A stretch of DNA of 64,000 nt from Eledone cirrhosa (Eukaryota): the NCBI GenBank assembly GCA_964016885.1, contig OZ024765.1, positions 13,702,001-13,766,000 on the forward strand. Direction: 5' to 3'. Shown in pieces: positions 25,701 to 39,116 of this stretch. The notes below the pieces were generated by a model. It ran no database searches, was not told the origin of the DNA, and worked only from the letters and a program-made list of their open reading frames with translations. Made by a program: the position numbers and the translations under genes. How positions within the stretch are numbered: position 1 is the first letter of the stretch; each line of letters begins with the position of its first letter.

Positions 25701-28700
25701 TGGCCTCTCCTTGTGTCAGGTTTCTCTAACAATTAGTATCTAGAGGAAGCATGGCCTCTCCTTGTGTCAGGTTTCTCTAACAATTAGTATCTAGAGGAAG
25801 CATGGCCTCTCCTTGTGTCAGGTTTCTCTAGCAATTAGTAGCTAGTGGAAGCATGGCCTCTCCTTGTGTCAGGTTTCTCTAACAATTAGTAGCTAGTGGA
25901 AGCATGGCCTCTCCTTTTGTCAGGTTTCTCTAACAATTAGTAGCTAGAGGAAGCATGGCCTCTCCTTGTGTCAGGTTTCTCTAACAATTAGTAGCTAGTG
26001 GAAGCATGGCCTCTCCTTTTGTCAGGTTTCTCTAACAATTAGTATCTAGTGGAAGCATGGCCTCTCCTTGTGTCAGGTTTCTCTAACAATTAGTAGCTAG
26101 TGGTAGCATGGCCTCTCCTTGTGTCAGGTTTCTCTAGCAATTAGTATCTAGTGGAAGCATGGCCTCTCCTTGTGTCAGGTTTCTCTAGCAATTAGTAGCT
26201 AGTGGAAGCATGGCCTCTCCTTTTGTAAGGTTTCTCTAGCAATTAGTAGCTAGTGGAAGCATGGCCTCTCCTTTTGTAAGGTTTCTCTAGCAATTAGTAG
26301 CTAGTGGTAGCATGGCCTCTCCTTGTGTCAGGTTTCTCTAACAATTAGTAGCTAGTGGAAGCATGGCCTCTCCTTTTGTCAGGTTTCTCTAGCAATTAGT
26401 AGCTAGTGGAAGCATGGCCTCTCCTTTTGTAAGGTTTCTCTAGCAATTAGTAGCTAGTGGAAGCATGGCCTCTCCTTTTGTAAGGTTTCTCTAGCAATTA
26501 GTAGCTAGTGGTAGCATGGCCTCTCCTTGTGTCAGGTTTCTCTAACAATTAGTAGCTAGTGGAAGCATGGCCTCTCCTTTTGTCAGGTTTCTCTAGCAAT
26601 TAGTAGCTAGTGGAAGCATGGCCTCTCCTTTTGTCAGGTTTCTCTAGCAATTAGTAGCTAGTGGAAGCATGGCCTCTCCTTTTGTCAGGTTTCTCTAGCA
26701 ATTAGTAGCTAGTGGAAGCATGGCCTCTCCTTGTGTCAGGTTTCTCTAGCAATTAGTAGCTAGTGGAAGCATGGCCTCTCCTTGTGTCAGGTTTCTCTAG
26801 CAATTAGTATCTAGTGGAAGCATGGCCTCTCCTTTTGTCAGGTTTCTCTAGCAATTAGTATCTAGTGGAAGCATGGCCTCTCCTTGTGTCAGGTTTCTCT
26901 AGCAATTAGTATCTAGTGGAAGCATGGCCTCTCCTTGTGTCAGGTTTCTCTAGCAATTAGTATCTAGTGGAAGCATGGCCTCTCCTTGTGTCAGGTTTCT
27001 CTAGCAATTAGTAGCTAGTGGAAGCATGGCCTCTCCTTTTGTCAGGTTTCTCTAGCAATTAGTAGCTAGTGGAAGCATGGCCTCTCCTTTTGTCAGGTTT
27101 CTCTAGCAATTAGTAGCTAGTGGAAGCATGGCCTCTCCTTGTGTCAGGTTTCTCTAGCAATTAGTAGCTAGTGGAAGCATGGCCTCTCCTTTTGTCAGGT
27201 TTCTCTAGCAATTAGTAGCTAGTGGAAGCATGGCCTCTCCTTTTGTCAGGTTTCTCTAGCAATTAGTAGCTAGAGGAAGCATGGCCTCTCCTTTTGTCAG
27301 GTTTCTCTAGCAATTAGTAGCTAGTGGAAGCATGGCCTCTCCTTTTGTCAGGTTTCTCTAGCAATTAGTAGCTAGTGGAAGCATGGCCTCTCCTTTTGTC
27401 AGGTTTCTCTAGCAATTAGTAGCTAGAGGAAGCATGGCCTCTCCTTGTGTCAGGTTTCTCTAGCAATTAGTAGCTAGAGGAAGCATGGCCTCTCCTTTTG
27501 TCAGGTTTCTCTAGCAATTAGTAGCTAGTGGAAGCATGGCCTCTCCTTTTGTCAGGTTTCTCTAGCAATTAGTAGCTAGTGGAAGCATGGCCTCTCCTTT
27601 TGTCAGGTTTCTCTAGCAATTAGTAGCTAGAGGAAGCATGGCCTCTCCTTGTGTCAGGTTTCTCTAGCAATTAGTAGCTAGAGGAAGCATGGCCTCTCCT
27701 TTTGTCAGGTTTCTCTAGCAATTAGTAGCTAGTGGAAGCATGGCCTCTCCTTTTGTCAGGTTTCTCTAGCAATTAGTAGCTAGTGGAAGCATGGCCTCTC
27801 CTTGTGTCAGGTTTCTCTAGCAATTAGTAGCTAGTGGAAGCATGGCCTCTCCTTGTGTCAGGTTTCTCTAGCAATTAGTAGCTAGTGGAAGCATGGCCTC
27901 TCCTTGTGTCAGGTTTCTCTAACAATTAGTAGCTAGAGGAAGCATGGCCTCTCCTTTTGTCAGGTTTCTCTAGCAATTAGTAGCTAGTGGTAGCATGGCC
28001 TCTCCTTTTGTCAGGTTTCTCTAGCAATTAGTAGCTAGTGGAAGCACGGCCTCTCCTTTTGTAAGGTTTCTCTAACAATTAGTATCTAGTGGAAGCATGG
28101 CCTCTCCTTTTGTCAGGTTTCTCTAACAATTAGTAGCTAGTGGAAACACGGCCTCTCCTTTTGTCAGGTTTCTCTAACAATTAGTAGCTAGTGGAAGCAC
28201 GGCCTCTCCTTTTGTCAGGTTTCTCTAGCAATTAGTAGCTAGTGGAAGCATGGCCTCTCCTTTTGTCAGGTTTCTCTAGCAATTAGTAGCTAGTGGAAGC
28301 ATGGCCTCTCCTTTTGTCAGGTTTCTCTAGCAATTAGTAGCTAGTGGAAGCATGGCCTCTCCTTTTGTCAGGTTTCTCTAGCAATTAGTAGCTAGAGGAA
28401 GCATGGCCTCTCCTTTTGTCAGGTTTCTCTAACAATTAGTAGCTAGTGGAAGCACGGCCTCTCCTTTTGTCAGGTTTCTCTAGCAATTAGTAGCTAGAGG
28501 AAGCATGGCCTCTCCTTTTGTCAGGTTTCTCTAGCAATTAGTAGCTAGAGGAAGCATGGCCTCTCCTTTTGTCAGGTTTCTCTAACAATTAGTAGCTAGT
28601 GGAAGCACGGCCTCTCCTTTTGTCAGGTTTCTCTAGCAATTAGTAGCTAGAGGAAGCATGGCCTCTCCTTTTGTCAGGTTTCTCTAGCAATTAGTAGCTA

Positions 28701-30800
28701 GAGGAAGCATGGCCTCTCCTTTTGTCAGGTTCCTCTAGCAATTAGTAGCTAGTGGAAGCATGGCCTCTCCTTTTGTAAGGTTTCTCTAGCAATTAGTAGC
28801 TAGTGGAAGCATGGCCTCTCCTTTTGTCAGGTTTCTCTAACAATTAGTAGCTAGAGGAAGCATGGCCTCTCCTTTTGTCAGGTTTCTCTAGCAATTAGTA
28901 GCTAGAGGAAGCATGGCCTCTCCTTTTGTCAGGTTTCTCTAGCAATTAGTAGCTAGAGGAAGCATGGCCTCTCCTTTTGTCAGGTTTCTCTAGCAATTAG
29001 TAGCTAGTGGAAGCATGGCCTCTCCTTTTGTAAGGTTTCTCTAGCAATTAGTAGCTAGTGGAAGCATGGCCTCTCCTTTTGTCAGGTTTCTCTAGCAATT
29101 AGTAGCTAGTGGAAGCATGGCCTCTCCTTTTGTCAGGTTTCTCTAACAATTAGTAGCTAGTGGAAGCATGGCCTCTCCTTTTGTAAGGTTTCTCTAGCAA
29201 TTAGTAGCTAGTGGAAGCATGGCCTCTCCTTTTGTCAGGTTTCTCTAGCAATTAGTAGCTAGTGGAAGCATGGCCTCTCCTTTTGTCAGGTTTCTCTAAC
29301 AATTAGTAGCTAGTGGAAGAATGGCCTCTCCTTTTGTCAGGTTTCTCTAACAATTAGTAGCTAGTGGAAGCATGGCCTCTCCTTTTGTAAGGTTTCTCTA
29401 GCAATTAGTAGCTAGTGGAAGCATGGCCTCTCCTTTTGTCAGGTTTCTCTAGCAATTAGTATCTAGTGGAAGCATGGCCTCCCCTTTTGTCAGGTTTCTC
29501 TAGCAATTAGTAGCTAGTGGAAGCATGGCCTCTCCTTTTGTCAGGTTTCTCTAGCAATTAGTAGCTAGTGGAAGCATGGCCTCTCCTTTTGTCAGGTTTC
29601 TCTAGCAATTAGTATCTAGTGGAAGCATGGCCTCTCCTTTTGTCAGGTTTCTCTAGCAATTAGTAGCTAGTGGAAGCATGGCCTCTCCTTTTGTCAGGTT
29701 TCTCTAGCAATTAGTATCTAGTGGAAGCATGGCCTCTCCTTTTGTCAGGTTTCTCTAACAATTAGTATCTAGTGGAAGCATGGCCTCTCCTTTTGTCAGG
29801 TTTCTCTAACAATTAGTATCTAGTGGAAGCATGGCCTCTCCTTTTGTCAGGTTTCTCTAGCAATTAGTAGCTAGTGGAAGCATGGCCTCTCCTTTTGTAA
29901 GGTTTCTCTAGCAATTAGTAGCTAGAGGAAGCATGGCCTCTCCTTTTGTCAGGTTTCTCTAGCAATTAGTAGCTAGTGGAAGCATGGCCTCTCCTTGTGT
30001 CAGGTTTCTCTAACAATTAGTAGCTAGTGGAAGCATGGCCTCTCCTTTTGTCAGGTTTCTCTAGCAATTAGTAGCTAGTGGAAGCATGGCCTCTCCTTTT
30101 GTCAGGTTTCTCTAGCAATTAGTATCTAGTGGAAGCATGGCCTCTCCTTGTGTCAGGTTTCTCTAACAATTAGTAGCTAGTGGAAGCATGGCCTCTCCTT
30201 GTGTCAGGTTTCTCTAACAATTAGTAGCTAGTGGAAGCATGGCCTCTCCTTTTGTCAGGTTTCTCTAGCAATTAGTAGCTAGTGGAAGCATGGCCTCTCC
30301 TTTTGTCAGGTTTCTCTAGCAATTAGTAGCTAGTGGAAGCATGGCCTCTCCTTTTGTCAGGTTTCTCTAGCAATTAGTATCTAGTGGAAGCATGGCCTCT
30401 CCTTTTGTCAGGTTTCTCTAGCAATTAGTAGCTAGTGGAAGCATGGCCTCTCCTTTTGTAAGGTTTCTCTAACAATTAGAAGCTAGAGGAAGCATGGCCT
30501 CTCCTTTTGTCAGGTTTCTCTAGCAATTAGTAGCTAGTGGAAGCATGGCCTCTCCTTTTGTCAGGTTTCTCTAGCAATTAGTAGCTAGTGGAAGCATGGC
30601 CTCTCCTTTTGTCAGGTTTCTCTAGCAATTAGTAGCTAGTGGAAGCATGGCCTCTCCTTTTGTCAGGTTTCTCTAGCAATTAGTATCTAGTGGAAGCATG
30701 GCCTCTCCTTTTGTCAGGTTTCTCTAACAATTAGTAGCTAGAAGCACAGCCTCTCCTTTTGTAAGGTTTCTCTAACAATTAGTAGCTAGAGGAAGCACAG
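19740..30800. repeat. 51-bp satellite, ~217 copies (~11 kb), derived from an R4/Dong-like LINE 3'UTR
   Basis: Unit ctctccttttgtcaggtttctctagcaattagtagctagtggaagcatggc, with five main biallelic sites. A T11 run lies at 19729-19739 (poly-A in element sense). A homologous single copy lies at 30985-31020. Confidence 0.97.
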
Positions 30801-31260
30801 CATCAGATCAGTCCCTGATCTCAAAGATTCAATATATTACTCAGGATCCTGGCAGTGCTAGTGATGGTAGAAAAGCAGTCATTGAACATGGTTGTCAGTT
30901 TCGGTTGGAGGGATGTTATATTTTTAATCCAATACCTTTGCACACCATCTGGGCCTGGTGATTTCCAGTTGGTTAGTTTTTTGGTCTAGCAATTAGTAGT
31001 TAGGTGAAGCATGGCCTCAGATCAGTCCCTGATCTGAGAGGCTCAATATATTACACAGAATTCTGGCAGTGCTAGTGATGGTAGAAATTTGGGCACTGCC
31101 TACAAAGTTAGAGATCGACAGGCTTTTGATAAAAGATGTATTTAGGGCACCCCATTGACAATTGACACAACATAGTGATCAGTTCTAACAGCACCTGCAA
31201 TGTCTGCATACTTATTGATCTTTTCCGATTCCTTTTCAGCCACATTGTGGTCTTCAGAGA
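30801..31260 (-). mobile_element. Rearranged relic of an R4/Dong-like (RLE-type) non-LTR retrotransposon
   Basis: Minus-strand peptides KKLTNWKSPGPDGVQRYWIKNITSL (pre-RT motif, ~30908-30983), EDHNVAEKESEKINKYADIA (restriction-like endonuclease region, ~31195-31255) and the C-terminus ITSTARIL..ILSL, present twice. Confidence 0.7.
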
Positions 31261-31284
31261 TCACTAGAGAATAATTAGAGTCCA

Positions 31285-32095
31285 TTTTGGGTGTTTGTTT
31301 TTTGGGTGGAGAGGAAAGACAATTGAATCAACACCAGTGTATTACTGATACTTTATTTTATCGACTTCATAAGGATGAAAAGCAAAGCTAACCTCAGTGA
31401 GATTTGAACTCAGAACATAAAGGGCCGTAACTCTATGCCAAAAAGCATGGTGCCCGACGCTCTACCGATACTGCCAATCCATCACCATATGAATGATAAT
31501 AATTGTTTCTACTATTGGCACAAGGCCAGCAATTACCTCAGTACATTACCGGTACTTTATTTTATCGACCCCGTAAGGATGAAAGTCAAAGTGAACCTTG
31601 GCGGGATTTGAACTCATACCGTAAAGGGGCGTAACTCTATGCTGCAAAGCATGGCATCCGACCTTCTGCTGATACTGCCAATAATGTTTGTACTTTTGGC
31701 ACAAGGACAGCAATTACCCCAGTGTATTACTGGTACTTTATTATATCAACCCTGTAAGGATGAAAGGCAATACTAACCATGGCAGGATTCAACTTAGAGC
31801 GTAAAGGACCGTAACTCTATGCTGCAAAGCATGACGTCCAATGCTCTACCGATTCTGCCAAACCACAAATGACAATAAAATAATGATTTCTACTTTAGGC
31901 ACAAGACCAGCAATTTGGGGGAGGCTAAAGTTGATTAAATCAACCCCAGTTCATTACTGGTACTTTATTTTATTGGGCTCGTAAAGATGAAAGGCTAAGT
32001 TAACCTTGGCAGGATTTGAACTCAGACCTTAAAGGGCCATAACTCTATGCTGCAAAGCAGGGTGTCAGACAATCTACCAATTCTGCCAATCCACC
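31285..32095 (-). mobile_element. Four head-to-tail tRNA-derived SINEs, family A
   Basis: Four successive reverse-complement family A copies (ggattt/cgaact...ctctaccgat.ctgcca). Confidence 0.85.
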
Positions 32096-32099
32096 ATGG

Positions 32100-33520
32100 C
32101 GACGACGATGATGATGATGATTTTGATGATGACAATGATGATGATGGTGGTGATGATTATGATGATGATGATGGTGATGACAAGAATGATGATGATTATG
32201 ATGATTATGATGATGAAGATATCACCACCACCATCAATACCACCATCATCCTCACCACCACCACCACCATCAACACCACCATCATCCTCACCACCACCAC
32301 CACCACCACCACCATCACCACCATCACCACTACCTCACCACTACCACCACCACCACCACCACCACCACTACCTTACCACCACCACCACCACCACCACCAC
32401 CATCATTGTCACCATTTCAGTTCTCTATCTCAGCCACTGACCACAAATCATCGGTCAGTCAGTACTGAGACAATCCAGAGGCTGGGTGGTCACTTCTGGC
32501 CAGATGACCAATGGCAAACAGTGTCAATAAGGCTACATGTTTGGTAACAGCTGACTGGACAACACCACCCCGCCACCCCACCTCTCCTGCCTTTACATGA
32601 CACCACCCCTAGGGGTGTACAGTGGTGGTGGTGGTGTGATGGTGGTGGTTGTCGTGGTGTGGTGGTGGTGGTGTGGTGTGGAGGTTGTAGTGGTGGTGGT
32701 GTGGTGATGGTTGTGATGGTGGTGGTTGTCGTGGTGTGGTGGTGGTGGTGTGGTGTGGAGGTTGTAGTGGTGGTGGTGTGGTGATGGTTGTGGTGGTGGT
32801 GGTTGTCGTGGTGTGGTGGTGGTGGTGAAGGCGGTGGTGGTGTTCGTGTTGGTGTGGTGTTGGTGTGGTGGTTGTGGTGGTTGTGGTGGTGTGGTGGTTG
32901 TGGTGGTTGTGGTGGTGTGGTGGTGGTGGTGGTGATGGTGGTGTGTGGTGTTAGTGGTGGTCTAGTGCTGTAGTGATGGTGATGGTGGTAGTGCTGGTGG
33001 GGGGGGGGATAGTGGTGGTTGGGGGGGTGATGGTGGTGTGATGGTGATAGTAGTGTGGTGGTGGTGGTCTGGTGGTGGTGTTGGGGGGTGATGGTGGTGT
33101 GAGGGTGATGGTAGTGTGGTGGTGTGGGGGCCTGGGGGGGGGGGGGGGCTTGTGGTGATGTGGTGGTTCTATGCTGGTGGTGGGGTGGCTTGAGTGAGAA
33201 AAGAGAGGAAGGGAGGGAAAGGGAGAGGAGAAAAGGGAGTGTATATGTATGGCTGGGTGGATGTATGTGTGTGTATGGCTCTATGTGTATGTGTGTGTGT
33301 GTGTGGGTGGATGTGTATGTGTGCATGTGTATGTGTATTTATCTGTGTATGTATGTGTGTGTATTGGTCTATGTGTATGTGATTTGGTCTATTTGTATAT
33401 GTGTATGTATGTGTATGTGTGTATATATATATATATATGTGTGTGTGAGTATTGATCTATGTGTATGTATGTATGTGCATCAGTGTATGTATGTGTATTG
33501 TGTATGCAGGCACATGTAAT
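32100..33520. repeat. (GAT)n, (CAC)n, (GGT/GTG)n and (GT/AT)n low-complexity tracts
   Basis: Simple repeats; the ORFs are artefactual. Confidence 0.9.
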
Positions 33521-33589
33521 CACGATCGTATTCTTTCGGTGAGTACCCAAGACACACAACCATAGGTAAAGGTTGGCACAGAAACCGAA

Positions 33590-34508
33590 TTAACCCTTTA
33601 ATTTACATTTACATTACTCTATATTTACTATTGTATTTTCACAGTAAATGCTTTACCTCACATAATATCTCACATAACATTTACATTACTCTATATTTAC
33701 TATTGTATTTTCACAGAAAAGGTTTTAACCCACATAATATCTCACATAACATTTACATTACTCTATATATACTATTGTATTTTCACAGTAAAGGTTTTAC
33801 CTCACATAATATCTCACATAACATTTACATTACTCTATATATACTATTGTATTTTCACAGTAAAGGTTTTACCTCACATAATATCTCACATATCATTTAC
33901 ATTACTCTTTATATACTATTGTATTTTCACAGTAAAGGTTTTACCTCACATAATATCTCACATAACATTGAATCTATGAGATTTTGATATTATTTATTCT
34001 GAGAACAATACCTTAACATCAGTATAAGTGGCCGGTTACAGCCAGTTTGAACAGAAAGAGGTGAGAGAAATCTGGCGAGATGCTGCCAGTTTAAATGATA
34101 AGGGGTTAACACAAATAACCCTTTAACATTTACATTACTCCATATATACTATTGTATTTTCACGGTAAAGGCTTTACCTTACACAATATTGAATCTATGA
34201 GATTTTGATATTATTTATTTTGAGAACAATACCTTAATATCCGTATGAGCAACCAGTTATGACCAGTTTGAACAGGAAGAGATGAGAGGATTCTGGCTGG
34301 ATTTGGCCAGTTATCTACATTACTTTATATACTGTTATATTTTCAGGATAAAGGCTTTATCTCACATAACAAATCTATGAGATTTTGATATTTATTTTGA
34401 GAACATTACCTTAACATCAGCAAGTTACAGCCAGTTACAGCCAGTTTCAACAGAAAGAGATGAGAGAATTCTGGCCGGATATGGCTGGTATAAATGCTAA
34501 AGGGTTAA
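33590..34508 (-). mobile_element. Three tandem piggyBac-type MITE copies; the first carries ~5 copies of the 72-bp unit
   Basis: TTAACCCTTTA...AGGGGTTAA (33590-34109); the second starts taaccctttaacatttac at 34116; the third ends taaatgctaaagggttaa at 34508. Confidence 0.85.
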
Positions 34509-34739
34509 AAGTAGCAATTTTGGCAAAATTAGGCGTGCCATTCAGAAAAACAAATGGACCATATGTGGCTCACAGAGCCACAGTTTGCCCATGGCTGGTA
34601 TAAAACTAACATCAAAATGTTTAAATCCAAGATATGTTCTCTTGATTTTTTATTTGATTTCTTATAAATTTGCTAACATTGTTAAAACTAATCAGAGACA
34701 TATTTTAAGGTAAGGTCCACCTCCAATCACTACTCGGAC

Positions 34740-34772
34740 ATATATATGTATATATATGTATGTATATGTTTG

Positions 34773-34818
<46 letters not shown>

Positions 34819-34986
34819 ATGATATTAAATAAACTATATTTATAAAACCATATGATGGCTTAGTGGTTAGAGCATTGGCCTTGCAATCTCAGACCGGGTG
34901 ATGTGTTGTTATCTGTAGAGTGCTCTGAAACAGTTATAAACATTTATATTTGTTGAATTACCAACAAATTGAATATCCCTTCTGCT

Positions 34987-35017
<31 letters not shown>

Positions 35018-35036
35018 ATGTATCTATATATATATA

Positions 35037-35069
<33 letters not shown>

Positions 35070-35206
35070 GTGTGTGTGTATATATATGTGTGTGTGTGTA
35101 TATATATATATATGTGTGTGTATATATATACATGTGTGTGTGTGTATGTATCTTTATATATGTGTGTGTGTGTATTTATATGTGTGTGTATATATATATG
35201 TGTGTG

Positions 35207-35253
<47 letters not shown>

Positions 35254-35280
35254 GTATGTGTGTATATATATATATATAAC
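34740..35280. repeat. (TA)n/(TG)n microsatellites, with a SINE B head fragment at ~34852-34910
   Basis: Dinucleotide runs; tggcttagtggttagagcattggccttgcaatc. Confidence 0.85.
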
Positions 35281-35355
35281 GAAGGAAGAGTGGTAAGGAA
35301 CCAGATGGACCATAACGCACCAGAGTACTCAATACTTAGGGTAGTAGAGTGGATA

Positions 35356-35471
35356 ATAGGAAAATGTTTGACCCTAACAGCAAAGCTCAAGCCGTTTCGA
35401 CGGCTATTTCTGGACTGAAATAGCCGTCAAAACGGCTTGAGCTCTGCTGTTGGGGTCAACCATTTTCCTAT
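35356..35471. repeat. Fold-back inverted repeat, 55-bp arms, 6-nt loop
   Basis: 35356-35410 vs 35417-35471, with 4 mismatches. Confidence 0.9.
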
Positions 35472-35508
35472 ATATATATATATATACATATATATAAATA
35501 TTTATATA

Positions 35509-35542
<34 letters not shown>

Positions 35543-35613
35543 ATGTAAATGAAGTATTTCCGTAGGAAAGGTAAAGGAAATGAGAGTGCTCTATGTAGGC
35601 TACAGAGCTTTTT

Positions 35614-35726
35614 AGTTATGTAATAAACAACATAAGATAATTAATTCATTTACTTGTGGTTTCTTGAAGACAGATATAAATATCTGTTAAATGAATTAAT
35701 TATCTAATGTTGTTTATTACGTAACT
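35614..35726. repeat. Fold-back inverted repeat, 39-bp arms, 35-nt spacer containing a small hairpin
   Basis: 35614-35652 vs 35688-35726, with 2 mismatches; the spacer has acagatat-aa-atatctgt. Confidence 0.85.
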
Positions 35727-35779
35727 ATATATAATGTATATATAAATCTATATAAATACACATTATATATATATATCAT

Positions 35780-36118
35780 TTCATCATCATCATTTCATTT
35801 TACGTCTGCTTTTCCCTGCTTGCAAGGGTGGGACGGAAACTGATGCTGGCTTGATTTCTACAGCTGGATGCCCTTCCTAACACCAACCTCATTTACAGTG
35901 AGTGCTGGGTGCTTTTTTTGCCGTGGCACCTCCACGACCACTTTGCAGTGGAATGATAGGGACCCCAGTCCCTATCATCTCATTTCTACAGCTGAGTAAA
36001 CTGGAGCAATGTGAAATAAAGTGTCTTGCTCAAAAAAACAACACATCACCCGGTCTGAGAATTGAACTCACAACCTTTCGATTGCAAGGCCAATGCTCTA
36101 ACCACTAAGCCATGTGCC
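35780..36118 (-). mobile_element. tRNA-derived SINE, family B (RTE-type 3' tail)
   Basis: Near-identical reverse complement of 47374-47712. Confidence 0.9.
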
Positions 36119-36279
36119 TCACATAGATATAAATACACATTATATATATGTGTTTTTATATATATATATGTATATATATAGACTTACATACATACATGTA
36201 TATATATACATATATACATATATATATATACATATATATGTATACATATATACAAACAACATATATATATATATATATA

Positions 36280-37284
36280 TCTGTATATATATATAAAATT
36301 AAGTGTGTGTATGTCTGTGTATTACCTATAGGGGCCTACATCTTACGACCGATTTTCATGAAACTTTACAGGCTCATAGATTAGTCATCGGGGAGTGTTT
36401 TCTATATATCAGCGTATCGTTTTTTTTATTCCGGGGTCATTCTGCAGATAAAAATCGATAGGGGGCAGGGGTTACCTTTTTTTAGGTATCAAAAAATAAG
36501 ATTTTTGGCACTAGCTCCCACATTTTGCAACCAATTTCGTTCAAATTTTAATGCAAAATAGAATTTATCATTGTGCATCCTGTAATGGCTTTATATTTTG
36601 CATTTGTTGTAAAGGGACGGCGTGGCAGCCGCTTAAATATTCAAAAATACCCCTTTTAGACTCAAATTTCCACTTTTTCGGCTATAGCTCCCACATTAAT
36701 CAACCTACTTTGTTCAAATTTTACACTACGCTAGATCTGATTATTTCACATCTTAAAGTGGCTTTACATTTTTTGTTCAGGAACGGCGTGGCAGCCGCTT
36801 AAATATTTGAAAATACCACCTTTTCACTCAAATTTCCCCCTTTTCGGCTCTAGCTCCCCTATTTTTCAACCGATTTCGTTCAAATTCGAAACTTCGGCTC
36901 AACCTCACACATAAATCAATTTATTTGATTCAACTTTTATACTACGATAGAACCTATCATTGGACATCTTATAGATGGTCAAAGGCAAAACGATGGTCAC
37001 TGACGTAGTCTGAGCTTTTAGTTGTGTATTTGAGAATTCAACGGTTTCCAATCAAGTAGCATGAGGAAATTTGGCTTAGTGTTAGAGGTCATTATCTCCC
37101 TCCCCCAGCATGCCCCTTCGTCAGTCACCCGCGTTTCTCATTGATAGAGGTCATCACCACCCTCCCCTGCATGGCCTGTGTGTGGCCATAGATGAGTTTT
37201 GAGAAGCAGTCGCTAAGATCAACACCTTTTCATCAAACTAGATATTATTTTACCTACCCAGGCAACGCTGGGTACTGCTGCTAG
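36280..37284 (+). mobile_element. Non-autonomous Helitron
   Basis: A|TC 5' end in an AT context, 3' hairpin acccag-gcaacg-ctgggt (37256-37273) followed by CTAG|T, no TIR or TSD. Internal subrepeat ggcgtggcagccgcttaaatatt at ~36619 and ~36785. Confidence 0.8.

Positions 37285-39115
<1,831 letters not shown>

Positions 39116-39116
<1 letters not shown>

Noticed and set aside
19740-30800. CRISPR-like array
   Set aside because: Units are contiguous with no unique spacers and there are no cas genes. The context is eukaryotic, and the origin is explained by a LINE 3'UTR.
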